This document shows, piece after piece, positions 9,445-19,348 of a stretch of 29,615 nt of DNA. The notes beneath the pieces were generated by a model. That model did no database searches and was not told where the DNA came from. It saw nothing but the letters and a program-made list of their open reading frames with translations. The DNA is from Chthoniobacteraceae bacterium (GTDB lineage Bacteria > Verrucomicrobiota > Verrucomicrobiia > Chthoniobacterales > Chthoniobacteraceae). Positions within the stretch are counted from its first letter, which is position 1. Each line of letters begins with the position of its first letter. The position numbers and the translations under genes are program-made. The stretch is from positions 1-29,615 of the forward strand of contig JANNWY010000323.1 of the NCBI GenBank assembly GCA_031409335.1, written 5' to 3'.

Positions 9445-9704
9445 TCGCTCCGGGGATTCACCTGGATTTCCATGAAGGTCGCGATGCCAGTGGTATGAAA
9501 GCCAGTACGCCCGACAAGGCATGTGTCGGATCGGTGGTCGTTGCCGGAAGGCACGAAACATTTGTGCAGCCGCAGCAGCGCGTGAGCCATCCATGCACCC
9601 ATCAAAGCCACAGTCGGCGATGTCATTTTCCCGTGAGGCAACGCGCGGCGCAGCAGGCCAGCCTTCATGGGGCCTTCAACGATCGCGAGTCCGAGACTGG
9701 CTCG

Positions 9705-10427
9705 CTACAACTCACCGAGATTCCGATGCAGGATTTGTTCGAGGCGTTTTGGATCGAGGATGGTGATCGCCTTGCCCGCGACGCGGATGAGATTTTTCTC
9801 ACGGAAATCCGCAAAGGTGCGCGAGAGCGTTTCGCTCACGGTGCCGATCTCGGCGGCGAGCACGCGCTTGGTGCGGTCGAGTTGGAAATCGACCGCGCCT
9901 GCTGGCAGCGGGCGAGGGCAGCGTTTGAGCAGCCAGTTCGCGAGGCGCGTCTCCACGTCTTTGAGCGTGAGATCGTCGAGCAGGGCGACGAGCACGCGCA
10001 GGTGCTGGCTCATCGAACCGAGCATGCGCAACGCGAGTTCGGGACGGCTGCGCAGCAGGCCGAGGATGTCCACTTTTGGGATGAGCAGGATCGTGCTGTC
10101 CTCGATCGCGCGCGCATCCGCCGGATAGCCGCCAGCGCTGGCCAGCGCAGCCTCGGCGAAGGATTGGCCGGTGCGGAAAACGGCGATGACCTGCTCTTTT
10201 CCCGCGGCGCTCACGCGATGCACGTTCACCGCGCCGCGCTGCACGACGTAGAAGCCTTCCGAGGTCGCGCCTTCGTGAAAAAGGTACGCACCTTTCGCGA
10301 GTTCCTTCGGAATCACGAACGACGAAATCAGCTCGAGATCCTCGGCGGGCAAGCCATTGAAAAGCTGGCAGCCACGCAGGGTGCTGGCGAAGACGATTTT
10401 TCGGAAGTCGGCGATCTGGCTGGCCAT
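9705..10427 (-). CDS. Crp/Fnr family transcriptional regulator, Dnr/NnrR-like
   Basis: cNMP-binding-like domain (LFHEG...GQSFAEAA), HTH with ETLSR recognition motif, no N-terminal FNR cysteine cluster; start 10427 or 10439. Confidence 0.9.
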   Translation of the reverse strand: MASQIADFRKIVFASTLRGCQLFNGLPAEDLELISSFVIPKELAKGAYLFHEGATSEGFYVVQRGAVNVHRVSAAGKEQVIAVFRTGQSFAEAALASAGGYPADARAIEDSTILLIPKVDILGLLRSRPELALRMLGSMSQHLRVLVALLDDLTLKDVETRLANWLLKRCPRPLPAGAVDFQLDRTKRVLAAEIGTVSETLSRTFADFREKNLIRVAGKAITILDPKRLEQILHRNLGEL

Positions 10428-10472
10428 GCCCGCGATCATGGCCCGGGTGTGCGTCCGGGTGCAACCGCGCAG

Positions 10473-10718
10473 CTAGCCCTCCGGCGACTCGCGCCAGAAA
10501 TACGTGATCCAGCTCCCATCCGGCCGCGGCTCGACGCGCGACGCGAATTTTTCACCGCGGAGTTTTTCGATCAATGGCGAAGGCAGGAATGGTGCGATGA
10601 TGGCGATCCCCTCGCCGGCCTTGAGTGCATCCACGCGCTTGCGGATTTCGGGAAGCGGCTCGATCCCCTGCGCGAGCAGCTTGCGCACGTCGAAACGTTT
10701 GAAGATCGGGAGCGACAT
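10473..10718 (-). CDS. DUF2249-like small protein
   Basis: FDVR...EPLPEIRKRVDALKAGEGIAIIAPFLPSPLIEKL...GSWITYF pattern. Confidence 0.75.
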   Translation of the reverse strand: MSLPIFKRFDVRKLLAQGIEPLPEIRKRVDALKAGEGIAIIAPFLPSPLIEKLRGEKFASRVEPRPDGSWITYFWRESPEG

Positions 10719-10765
10719 GGTGGTGACTATTCAAAACATCATCGCCGGAAAGGGCCATGCGAGCC

Positions 10766-10779
10766 TTGATGCAGGTCAA
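10766..10779. promoter_or_regulatory. FNR/DNR-type box TTGATgcagGTCAA (probably drives DUF2249-regulator)
   Basis: One mismatch to consensus, within extended palindrome GCCTTGA...TCAAGGC. Confidence 0.75.
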
Positions 10780-10814
10780 GGCTTCACCTGGCTGGAACCA
10801 ATTGGCGGTGTGAT

Positions 10815-10828
10815 TTGATGTGGGTCAA
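10815..10828. promoter_or_regulatory. FNR/DNR-type box TTGATgtggGTCAA upstream of nirK
   Basis: One mismatch to consensus; centre 41.5 bp upstream of the nirK ATG. Confidence 0.8.
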
Positions 10829-10862
10829 AGCGTCGGGCGCGAAACCATCCAAGATTGCGCGC

Positions 10863-12383
10863 ATGAAATGCATACGACCCTCCCTGCTGATCCTCGCGAC
10901 CGCCTTCAACCTCGCGGCTACCGCGGTGCTTCTTTCCGCCGAAACCCCGATCGCTCCAGCAGCGCCGCTGCCCGGCCCTGCCGCAAAGGGCGCTGACCCG
11001 GAAGTGGTCGGCGAAGAAAAAGCGGTGCTCACGGCCGCTCCGAGTGTGCCACCGCCGATCCAGCGCAAACACGCGACGAAGGTCGTCGTGAATCTCGAAG
11101 TGCGCGAGGTGGTAAAGCGCATGGCGGATGGCGTGGACTATTTGTTTTGGACGTTCGGCGGCGAGGTGCCGGGGCTTTTCATCCGCGTGCGCGAGGGCGA
11201 TCAGGTCGAGTTTCATCTGGCCAATCACCCCACTTCAAAGATGCCGCACAATATCGACCTGCACGCGGTGACCGGGCCGGGCGGCGGCGCGGCGTCGTCG
11301 TTCACCGCGCCCGGACATGAGTCGCAGTTTTCTTTCAAGGCGATTAACCCAGGGCTCTACGTGTATCACTGCGCGACCGCGCCGGTCGGGATGCATGTCG
11401 CGAATGGAATGTATGGGCTGATCCTCGTCGAGCCGAAGGAAGGACTGCCGCCGGTGGACAAGGAGTTCTACGTGATGCAGGGCGACTTCTACACGAAGGG
11501 GAAATTCGGCGAGGAAGGGTTGCAGCCGTTCGATCAAGAGAAGGCGGTGGATGAGCGGCCGAGCTACGTCGTGTTCAACGGATCGGTCGGATCGCTCGTC
11601 GGCGACAAGGCGCTGAAGGCCAAAGTGGGCGAGCGCGTGCGGATGTTCGTCGGCAATGGCGGACCGAATCTCTTATCGAGCTTCCACGTGATTGGCGAAA
11701 TTTTTGACCATGTGTATCAAGAGGGCGGTGTGAAGGTTTCGCAGGAGCAGGTGCAGACGACGGTCGTGCCGGCGGGCGGATCGGCCATCGTGGACTTCAA
11801 GCTGGATGTGCCCGGCACCTTCATCCTCGTGGATCACGCGCTCTTCCGCGCATTCAACAAAGGCGCACTCGGGATGCTAAAGGTGGAAGGTCCGGCGAAC
11901 CTCCTTACCTATTCCGGCAAGGAAGTGGACGCGACCTATCTCGGCGACAGCGCCTTTGTGGGTGCGCAGGGGAAGGTGAAGGAACTCGAGTCGCAGATGA
12001 AAAAAGCCATTGCCTCCGATCCGAAAATCGCCGCGATGGGTAAGGAAATCATCATGGAGAAAGGTAAGCGCATTTACTCGCAGACCTGCTTTGCGTGCCA
12101 TCAAGGGGAAGGTCAGGGTCTGCCGGGAGTATTCCCGCCGCTGGCGAAATCGGACTTTCTCATGGCAGATAAGGCGCGCGCCATCCGCGGCGTGATCAAG
12201 GGTCAGACCGGCGAGATGACGGTGAACGGTGTGAAATACAACGGCGTGATGCCACCCGTCATGATCAACGACGAGCAGATCGCGCAGGTGGTCACTTACG
12301 TGATGAATTCCTGGGGCAATAGCGGCGACATCGTGACCGTGGACGACGTGCAGAAAGTCCACGCGGAATCCGCGAACCAATGA
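10863..12383 (+). CDS. nirK: Copper-containing nitrite reductase with C-terminal cytochrome c domain
   Basis: Signal peptide; [51 protein letters not shown] copper motifs; CFACH heme motif, FPPLA and YNGVMP (distal Met). Confidence 0.96.
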   Translation: MKCIRPSLLILATAFNLAATAVLLSAETPIAPAAPLPGPAAKGADPEVVGEEKAVLTAAPSVPPPIQRKHATKVVVNLEVREVVKRMADGVDYLFWTFGGEVPGLFIRVREGDQVEFHLANHPTSKMPHNIDLHAVTGPGGGAASSFTAPGHESQFSFKAINPGLYVYHCATAPVGMHVANGMYGLILVEPKEGLPPVDKEFYVMQGDFYTKGKFGEEGLQPFDQEKAVDERPSYVVFNGSVGSLVGDKALKAKVGERVRMFVGNGGPNLLSSFHVIGEIFDHVYQEGGVKVSQEQVQTTVVPAGGSAIVDFKLDVPGTFILVDHALFRAFNKGALGMLKVEGPANLLTYSGKEVDATYLGDSAFVGAQGKVKELESQMKKAIASDPKIAAMGKEIIMEKGKRIYSQTCFACHQGEGQGLPGVFPPLAKSDFLMADKARAIRGVIKGQTGEMTVNGVKYNGVMPPVMINDEQIAQVVTYVMNSWGNSGDIVTVDDVQKVHAESANQ

Positions 12384-12407
12384 CGATGCGCCTCGCGCTG
12401 CTTCCGT

Positions 12408-13103
12408 TCAGCCCGGCCCGTTTTCGGCGGAACGCCAGGCGGCGAGCAATCGCGAGCCACGGTGAGTTGCGAGCGTGTCCCACGGGCCACTGGCGATGAT
12501 GCGGGCGTCTTCGAGCACGAGCGCGGCGGGGCAGAGCGCGCGGGCTTCGCATGGGTCGTGAGTGACGAGGATGACGGCGGTGCTGCGCGCTTCGGATTGC
12601 GCGCGGACTTCGGCGAGCAACTCGGCTTTGAGCGCGAGGTCGAGGCTGGAGAATGGTTCGTCGAGCAGCAGAAGGGATGGTTGCGCGACAATGGCGCGGG
12701 CGAGGGCGACGCGCTGTTGCTGGCCGATGGAGAGGGTGCCAGGGCGGCGGTTGGTGAGTTCGCCGACGTGACAGGAATCGAGCGCGGCTTGCGCGGTGGC
12801 ACGGCGTTCGGCTCGTGGGAGGTCGGGCAAGGCGAGCGTAACGTTTTCGAGCGCGGTGAGATTCGGCCAGAGCGCGAGATCTTGGAAGACCATGCCGATG
12901 CGGAGGCCGGGCGCGCGCTCGATGGTGCCGGCGTTCGGCGCATCGAGGCCGGCGATGAGGCGAAGCAGCGTGCTTTTTCCCGCGCCGCTCGCGCCGAGGA
13001 CGGCGCGGCGTTCGCCGGGCGCGAGCGAAAAATTCACGCCCTCGAAGACGGTGTGTGCGCCGTGGCGTTTGGCGAGGTCGCGGATGGCGAGGAGCGCACT
13101 CAT
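12408..13103 (-). CDS. ABC transporter ATP-binding protein (Fe3+/polyamine type)
   Basis: Walker A GASGAGKST, VFQDLALWP, LSIGQQQRVALARA, LLLDEPFSSLD, VTHD; ATG 13103 overlaps the permease stop (ATGA). Confidence 0.9.
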   Translation of the reverse strand: MSALLAIRDLAKRHGAHTVFEGVNFSLAPGERRAVLGASGAGKSTLLRLIAGLDAPNAGTIERAPGLRIGMVFQDLALWPNLTALENVTLALPDLPRAERRATAQAALDSCHVGELTNRRPGTLSIGQQQRVALARAIVAQPSLLLLDEPFSSLDLALKAELLAEVRAQSEARSTAVILVTHDPCEARALCPAALVLEDARIIASGPWDTLATHRGSRLLAAWRSAENGPG

Positions 13104-14443
13104 GCGGCGAGACGCTGGAGCACGATCGCGCACGCGGCGGCGAGAGCGATGTAGAGCAGGCAGAGCATGGCGACGAGCGCTTCGGGGGCATTGGCCATGA
13201 TGGTGAAGATGGCGAGCGGCAGGCTGCCGCGGCCCGGCGGGTGAAGCAGCAGGACGGTGCCGACTTCCGCCGTGGCGAGCAACGCGGCGAGGGCGGCGGC
13301 GGGCCATGCCCAGCGCGACAGCCAGGGCACGGCGACGCGCAGGAGAAATTGCCAGCGCGGGACGCGATGCACGCGCGCGGCGTCGGCCCACGAGGGCGGC
13401 ATCGAGCCAACTGCGCGCAGCGCAAAGAGGATGGCGACGGGTAGCCCGCGCAGCGCCAGCGCCGCTCCGAGCGTGGCGGCGCTGCTCCACGGGATGAGCC
13501 AGAGCGCGGGCAGAGCCGGTGGCACGGCAAGCAGCGCGAGGGCGGCAGCGACGAGGACGCGCCGACCGCGCGGGGTGCGACCGAGCAGCCATGCGGCGGT
13601 GAAAGCGACCGCGACCGCGAGGGGTGCGGCCAGGACAGCGTAGAGCGCGGTGTCGGCAGCCGTGCGCGTGACTTCGCTCCATGCGCGAGCGAGCGGCCAA
13701 TCATGCGAAACTAGCGGACGGAGCAGCCCGGTGAGCGGCGGAGCGACTATGCCGATGACCACCGTGCCGAGCAGGAGCGCCGTGCGCGGCGAGTGGTGGC
13801 GCTCGGCGCGTTCGGTGTCGCGGGCAAGCAGTGCGTCGGCGATGTGCGGCGCGAGTTTCCAAGCTAGCGGCCAGGCGAGCAGCGCGGCGACGAACGCGAG
13901 CGCGGCAGCTTGTCGCGTCGCAAGTGTCACGTCGTATCGGGCCGCGAAGCTGACGAGCAGTTCGCCCGCCGCGCCCGGCCAGCCGAGGATTTGGCCGGGG
14001 CCGGCGTCGGCCAGCGTGAGCGCGGCGGCGAGCGTGGCTGCGAGCGCCGCGAGTGGAAAAGTCGCGCGCAGGGTGAGGTGAAACAGGTGCCGTTCGCCGC
14101 CTGCGAGCCGCGCCGCGTCGGCCTGACTGCGCGTGACCGTGTGCGCGGCAGCGAGCGAGGCGCACGCAACCAGCGGCACGCCGAGACACGCGAAGGCCCA
14201 CACCGTTCCGAAGAAGCCGGAGATTTCATGCGCGAGCATGGACAGCCCGATGGCGACGAGGAACGACGGCAGCAGCAGCGGCAGCACGAGCGCGGTGAGC
14301 AATGCGCGACGGCCAGGAAAGCGCGTCAGCGCCGCCCGCACGCCAATCGGCCAGCCCACCGCGAGCGACACGCCCGCTACGCTCGCTCCGACCAGCACGC
14401 TGCGCGCGAGCGCACGCCAGAAGGCCGCGTCGAGCCCGTCCAT
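13100..14443 (-). CDS. ABC transporter permease (FbpB-like, two repeats)
   Basis: Hydrophobic; LPLLLPSFLVA; two EAA-like loops (DAARLAGG, DAARVHRV); between SBP and ATPase. Confidence 0.85.
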   Translation of the reverse strand: MDGLDAAFWRALARSVLVGASVAGVSLAVGWPIGVRAALTRFPGRRALLTALVLPLLLPSFLVAIGLSMLAHEISGFFGTVWAFACLGVPLVACASLAAAHTVTRSQADAARLAGGERHLFHLTLRATFPLAALAATLAAALTLADAGPGQILGWPGAAGELLVSFAARYDVTLATRQAAALAFVAALLAWPLAWKLAPHIADALLARDTERAERHHSPRTALLLGTVVIGIVAPPLTGLLRPLVSHDWPLARAWSEVTRTAADTALYAVLAAPLAVAVAFTAAWLLGRTPRGRRVLVAAALALLAVPPALPALWLIPWSSAATLGAALALRGLPVAILFALRAVGSMPPSWADAARVHRVPRWQFLLRVAVPWLSRWAWPAAALAALLATAEVGTVLLLHPPGRGSLPLAIFTIMANAPEALVAMLCLLYIALAAACAIVLQRLAA

Positions 14444-14444
14444 G

Positions 14445-15455
14445 TCATTGCGCGGCGGCCCACTCTTTAAGGAACCCGCCGGCGAGCGATTCGCTGCGCG
14501 CGCCGAGCTTCTCGTAGTCCACGCGCAGCGCGCGAACTTCCTCCACCCGCTTCACGCCCGGCGGGACGGCGACTCCTGGGCGCAGCGGCATGTGCGCGCA
14601 GCTTTTCGCCAGTTCCTCCTCGGCCTTCGCGGTGAGCAGGAAATCAATGAAGCGCCGTCCGTTCTCCGCGTGCGGCGCACCGGCGATGAGCACGGCGGCA
14701 TTCGGCATCACGAGCGTGCCTGCGCCGTCCGCGTCGGGATAAATCGCGGCGACGGGTTTGCCGTCCTTCACGGACTCATGCACGTCGTCGGTGTCGGTGA
14801 GGCCGAAGGCGAACTCACCCGCGGCGACGCGCCGTTTCACCTCGCCGTTCGACGAGAGCATCTTCACGCCGTTCGCGCGCATTCCATCGAAAAACGCGCG
14901 CGCCTTTTCCTCACCCATCGTCTCGAAGAGCGCGGCGGCGTGCATCGAGGTCGTGCCGAAAAGCGGATTGGCGATGCACGTCTTCCCGCGCCATTTCGCA
15001 TCGAGAAAATCCGCCAGCCCGCGCGGCTGCTCCGCTATCGGAACGAGCTGCGTATTCAAAATGATGATCCGCGCCCGCGCCGAGAACGCCGACCAGTGAC
15101 CCGCCGCATCGCTGAACTCCGGCGGCATCCCGGCGGCGCTCGCGGAACGATACGGTTGCGAGATACCTTTGCTTTTCAAAATCGCCGCGCGCATCGGGTC
15201 GCCGCTCCAAAAGACATCGGCGATGGGCCTGGCCTTCTCCGCAATGAGGCGGTTGAGCAGGCCCGTGGATTTCGTCTCCTCGGTGTCCGGCACGAGCTTC
15301 ACCGTGATGCCGCTCTGCTTTTGAAAAAGCTCGGCGATGGGCCGCGCGAACACGTCGTCCACGCTCGTATAGACCACGACTTCCTGTGGCGGCGCATTCC
15401 GATGGCACGCTGCGAGGCCGGCTGTGGCAATGAGGATAAACGTGCGGCGATTCAT
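14445..15455 (-). CDS. Fe3+-type ABC transporter substrate-binding lipoprotein
   Basis: Lipobox GLAAC; VVVYTSVD, LIAEKARPIADVFWSG, ANPLFGTT, FGLTDTDD typical of FbpA/AfuA-like proteins. Confidence 0.88.
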   Translation of the reverse strand: MNRRTFILIATAGLAACHRNAPPQEVVVYTSVDDVFARPIAELFQKQSGITVKLVPDTEETKSTGLLNRLIAEKARPIADVFWSGDPMRAAILKSKGISQPYRSASAAGMPPEFSDAAGHWSAFSARARIIILNTQLVPIAEQPRGLADFLDAKWRGKTCIANPLFGTTSMHAAALFETMGEEKARAFFDGMRANGVKMLSSNGEVKRRVAAGEFAFGLTDTDDVHESVKDGKPVAAIYPDADGAGTLVMPNAAVLIAGAPHAENGRRFIDFLLTAKAEEELAKSCAHMPLRPGVAVPPGVKRVEEVRALRVDYEKLGARSESLAGGFLKEWAAAQ

Positions 15456-15519
15456 GGCTTCAAAAGATGGCCCATGCAGCTTCCGCGCAGGCACGCATTC
15501 GTTCCGGCCCTCGCCGCTT

Positions 15520-16386
15520 TTATGGCCGCAACCCGAGTTCGACCGTGGCTTTTGCCAAATCTTTCTCCCAGACCCAAAGCCGGTAGGGTGGTGGGACGCT
15601 GGTGAAACCGAACTTTCCGACATTGCGCAAGGTGCGCAGATCGACGCACACCCTTTGAAAGGCATCCGCGATCCCGGCGGCAGCCGTCTTGGCGGTTGCC
15701 AGCTTGATGCACGCCCGGAACTCGTAGCCGACCAGAAATTTCCGGCTGTAAACACTCCACACTCCCCTCCGCTCGTTCCACGCCGCCTCGGCCGCCGCGA
15801 TCAGCGCGTTCATGTCGGTGTTATTCGGCAGGGATGGGTAGATCGGGAATGACGCTCCCCAGCCGCTCTCCACCATTTCAAGATTGAAGGTGCGGCGCGC
15901 AGGATCGTTTTTCGGCGGAAGAGGGTCCGTTTTACTGCCTGTGAACCAGGGCGCGAAATAAGCCAGCAAGCGCCCATAGCGATCCACGATTTCGCCCGTC
16001 GCGATGACGGCCAGGCTGCGCTTGGTGCCGTCGTCGCGCGTTAGCCGCTGTTCCATGACCACGTCAAAAAACTGGCTCGCGCCGACCGCGCCCGCGATAT
16101 GATTCGCTGCGGCGTCAGGCGTGAGCCGCTGGATCAGGTAGTTCCGCAGCGGCGTGGGAAGGGCGTCGTAAAAAGTTCCGGACAGCCGCGCGCGGCAAAG
16201 GTCGAGCTTCGGCTGGCTCACTGGCGGCGCGCCGGCGTAACCCGCTTTTTCCGGCGTATCCACCGAGACAGCGCGGACCGGCTGCTCGATCACGGGCGTA
16301 TCGCCGTCGGAGGCACGAATGAGTTTGCGCGGTTGAGCCCGCTGCTCGTTGGGCGGCAGATTGAAGTTTACGATCGGAGTTGGCAT
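15520..16386 (-). CDS. Thermonuclease (SNase/TNase-like) family protein, no signal peptide
   Basis: SDGDT, VSVDTPEK, DRYGRLLAY, FNLEMVESGWG, AEAAWNERRGVW motifs. Confidence 0.75.
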   Translation of the reverse strand: MPTPIVNFNLPPNEQRAQPRKLIRASDGDTPVIEQPVRAVSVDTPEKAGYAGAPPVSQPKLDLCRARLSGTFYDALPTPLRNYLIQRLTPDAAANHIAGAVGASQFFDVVMEQRLTRDDGTKRSLAVIATGEIVDRYGRLLAYFAPWFTGSKTDPLPPKNDPARRTFNLEMVESGWGASFPIYPSLPNNTDMNALIAAAEAAWNERRGVWSVYSRKFLVGYEFRACIKLATAKTAAAGIADAFQRVCVDLRTLRNVGKFGFTSVPPPYRLWVWEKDLAKATVELGLRP

Positions 16387-16456
16387 GGGTGGTAGTGTGG
16401 ATTTTAGCGGATGGTGAGTGCCAAGGCTGAAAACCGGGTGTTAGGAGTGTTGGTAG

Positions 16457-18187
16457 TTAGGGTTTGCTGAGTTGTTTCAAAACCGCGCGGGCGGTGCGCA
16501 GTGTCAGTGCCGCGAGCATGAGGGTCGGGTTCGCGGAGCTGCCCGTGGTGAAGACGCTCGCGCCAGCCATGAATAGGTTGGCGTGCTCGTGGCTCCGACC
16601 GTCGGCATCCACCACGGAAGTGGCCTTGTCGGTGCCCATGCGGCAAGTGCCCATCGGGTGCGCAGCGGTGTTGAAGTTCTTTGGCGCAGGCTCGTCATGG
16701 ACAACACACCCAACGCCTTTCAATATCTCCGTCGCAGCTTTGTGGCCTTCTTCCAACCCCTTCCACTCGTAGTCGGTGAGATTGAATTTCAACTTGGGAC
16801 GCAGGATTCCCAAGTCGTCGGTCTTGTCCGACAGGGTGACGGCGTTCGCCTCGTGGGGCAGCACTTCGACGGAGAACGACACGCGCACCATGCGAGTGAC
16901 GCGGTCGGCCACGGCCTGCCGCAGCGCCTTTCCAAAAAGGAAGGCGCCACCCGCGCCGGACGTGCGGAGCAGGTTATCCAGGGTTGTCCCCACGGTTTCC
17001 TTGCGACCCCAGCCGTCGTTGCCCACCGTCATGCGGAATCCAGAGTGATGACCGCGGAACTTGCCATCGCGGAAATCCTCGATGCCGCAGGTGCTCTGCG
17101 GGCCGCGGAAGGGAAACAGAGGTTCTTTGTAAATCCCAACAACTTCCTCCTGCACATGGTCCATCAGGTAGCGACCGATGTTCTGGTTGGTAAAGGCGTC
17201 CGCCGTGCGCGAGAGCAAGAGAATCTTCGGCGTCTCCACTGCGTTCGCGGCGAGGATGAAAACGCGGCCTTTCACTTCCTGCACGTCGTCCGGTTTGCCC
17301 GAGAGCCATGACTTGTAACGCAGGCTCACCACCTTCCCGTCGCCCTTGGCAGTCAGCTTCGTAACGACACAACCGTTGCGCAGCTCCACGCCGGCGGACA
17401 GCGCGAGCTTGAGATGCACGGTCGCATCGTATTTCGCCTGAATCGGACAGAGCGGAATGCAGTTGGAATTGCCTTCGCAAGCAGGACGCCGGGCCTGCTG
17501 CCCGTTGTTGTCGTAAGGCACCGAGTTTCTCGCCTGCGGCGTGCTGATGACCCGCACTTTGCGCCCGGCCACAGTGCCCAGTCCATTGATGGCTTTCTGC
17601 ATCAACTGGTCGCCATAGCTCAACGGGATGGGTGGCATCGGAAACTTCATTTGGTGTCCCAACACTTTCGCCCAAGCCTCGGAATCCCCGGCCACGCCGA
17701 GTTCACGCTCTGCTTCGTCGAAGTCGGCGCGCACTTGTTCGTAGGTCAGCGGCCAGTTGAGATTATGCGCCGCCAGTTCCTCATACACGTCATTCAGTTT
17801 GAAATCGTTTGGCAGGAAGCGGGGCGCGTTTCCGCGCCATCCCCAAGTGGCTCCGCCCGTCATGCGGAGATAGGTGGCTTTGAAGAGCTTGGTTGCGTCG
17901 GTTTCCGTGCCGTGGTCGTAATACTTTTCCTTTTTCGGATCATCCGGCGATTCGGGAAACGGAGCAAAGGGGCGGCTGGCCATCCGGGAATACGGCGACC
18001 TCCAGCCGGGGCCTTGCACCATATTGACCCGGTGAAACGCTGCGCGTTGCCGGTCATCAAGGTCGTTCGCACCTGCTTCGAGGATGAGAATGGACAGCCC
18101 TTTTTTGGCTTGCGCGAGCTTCCACGCGCACAGCGCCCCGGCCACGCCGGAGCCAACGATTACTACGTCGTAAGTTTTGGTTTTCAT
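16457..18187 (-). CDS. GMC family FAD oxidoreductase (sugar/gluconate-dehydrogenase large-subunit type)
   Basis: DVVIVGSGVAG FAD motif, ILEAG, CEGNSNCIPLCPIQAKY Cys motif, IGRYLMDH, AHPMGTCRMG, SANPTLMLAAL; ATG at 18187. Confidence 0.92.
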   Translation of the reverse strand: MKTKTYDVVIVGSGVAGALCAWKLAQAKKGLSILILEAGANDLDDRQRAAFHRVNMVQGPGWRSPYSRMASRPFAPFPESPDDPKKEKYYDHGTETDATKLFKATYLRMTGGATWGWRGNAPRFLPNDFKLNDVYEELAAHNLNWPLTYEQVRADFDEAERELGVAGDSEAWAKVLGHQMKFPMPPIPLSYGDQLMQKAINGLGTVAGRKVRVISTPQARNSVPYDNNGQQARRPACEGNSNCIPLCPIQAKYDATVHLKLALSAGVELRNGCVVTKLTAKGDGKVVSLRYKSWLSGKPDDVQEVKGRVFILAANAVETPKILLLSRTADAFTNQNIGRYLMDHVQEEVVGIYKEPLFPFRGPQSTCGIEDFRDGKFRGHHSGFRMTVGNDGWGRKETVGTTLDNLLRTSGAGGAFLFGKALRQAVADRVTRMVRVSFSVEVLPHEANAVTLSDKTDDLGILRPKLKFNLTDYEWKGLEEGHKAATEILKGVGCVVHDEPAPKNFNTAAHPMGTCRMGTDKATSVVDADGRSHEHANLFMAGASVFTTGSSANPTLMLAALTLRTARAVLKQLSKP

Positions 18188-18207
18188 AGTGTTGAATGGA
18201 GTCGGGT

Positions 18208-18648
18208 TCAGGGCTTCTGTGACCAATAACCGTGAGGCTGCACGGAGTAGGCCGGCGGATGGGCCTGGACGATGCGCCAAATGAGGCCGCGCTGGAGTTC
18301 GCCGGGCAGCGGCGGGAGGGCGCTGGGCGCAAAGCCCGCAGCGCCCGCCTTGCGGGTGAGTGTTGCCTTGTCGCCGGGATCGTCGAACTGCGAGAGATAC
18401 CAGGCCTTGATAACCTGCCTTGCCGCCAGCCAAAGGCGTCCCGCGGTGTCTTCCTTGAGTTGCCGTTGCAAATCCGCTTCGGGGTCTTTGGTGAGCACCG
18501 CCTTGCGGTAGGCATCGATCAAGTCGTTCAGTTCTGCGCAATAACACTCCTCGATTTGCCGCCGGTAGCTTTCGCCCAGTGCGGAGTCGAGGTCATCCAC
18601 TCCGGTCAACAGGCCGGAGACGTTCATGAAGGCTTCATTAGGAGTCAT
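18208..18648 (-). CDS. Sugar-dehydrogenase small (gamma) subunit-like protein
   Basis: FMNVSGLLTG, ARQVIKAWYL, C-terminal HPPAYS...GYWSQKP pattern; directly upstream of the GMC gene. Confidence 0.65.
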   Translation of the reverse strand: MTPNEAFMNVSGLLTGVDDLDSALGESYRRQIEECYCAELNDLIDAYRKAVLTKDPEADLQRQLKEDTAGRLWLAARQVIKAWYLSQFDDPGDKATLTRKAGAAGFAPSALPPLPGELQRGLIWRIVQAHPPAYSVQPHGYWSQKP

Positions 18649-18710
18649 AGGTTTGGAGGCTGGGTGTTAGTTGGATCGGATGCGTTTTTTTGGTTTTTGA
18701 ATCAGGACAC

Positions 18711-19343
18711 TTACTTGCTTTCGCCACTCGAGAAATCGTCAAACACCGTGACGCTGTCGGCCTTTGTCCACAGGCCGACTTTGCCTGCGCCGGTGAAAGT
18801 CGCGTCCTGCACTTTGAACAGCTCCTTCCCGTCGAGGATGACGGTGAAGGTATCGCCTTTGAACTCGACGCGGAGCGTGTGCCATTCTTTTGGTGCGACT
18901 TTAGCCTTCACGCCGTAGCCGCCTTTGCGGCCCACGATGTCGAGCGAACTGCGTTTGCCGCCCTCGGTCTTGTAGAGCACGACGTTGCCTTCGAGCGCGT
19001 TCGCGCGGCAGACGTAATAGTTATCCTTGTCCTTCGCGCGCCAGACGACGCCGATGGCCTGATCGTCCTTACCATCGAGCGCCTTCCCTTTCACCTCGAC
19101 GAAGCCGTCTTTCACCGCGCTGCCGTCGCTGAGGATGATCGGGTAGTCCGCTTCGCCGGATTGCTTGAGCACATTGGGTTTCGAGGGTGCGGTGTCGTCT
19201 TTTTCGACCGTCCATTTCGCGGTGCCGCTGCCGGTGACGCCGCTGCTCCAGCCCTTTGGCGGAGCGCCTGTGGATTTGTCGAAATTCTCCGCGCCCGCGA
19301 AGGCGGACGCCCCGGTGAGGAGGAGGACGAGCGGTGTTTTCAT
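18711..19343 (-). CDS. Secreted concanavalin-like/DUF1080-like protein
   Basis: Signal peptide; GVVWRAKDKDNYY, WHTLRVEFKGD, GKVGLWTKADSVTVFDD. Confidence 0.7.
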   Translation of the reverse strand: MKTPLVLLLTGASAFAGAENFDKSTGAPPKGWSSGVTGSGTAKWTVEKDDTAPSKPNVLKQSGEADYPIILSDGSAVKDGFVEVKGKALDGKDDQAIGVVWRAKDKDNYYVCRANALEGNVVLYKTEGGKRSSLDIVGRKGGYGVKAKVAPKEWHTLRVEFKGDTFTVILDGKELFKVQDATFTGAGKVGLWTKADSVTVFDDFSSGESK

Positions 19344-19348
19344 GGCGG

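Noticed and set aside
16387..18710. GGGTGTTAG shared by intergenic regions around the GMC module, suggestive of integron attC ends
   Set aside because: Only 9 bp; no paired RYYYAAC...GTTRRRY palindrome and no integrase
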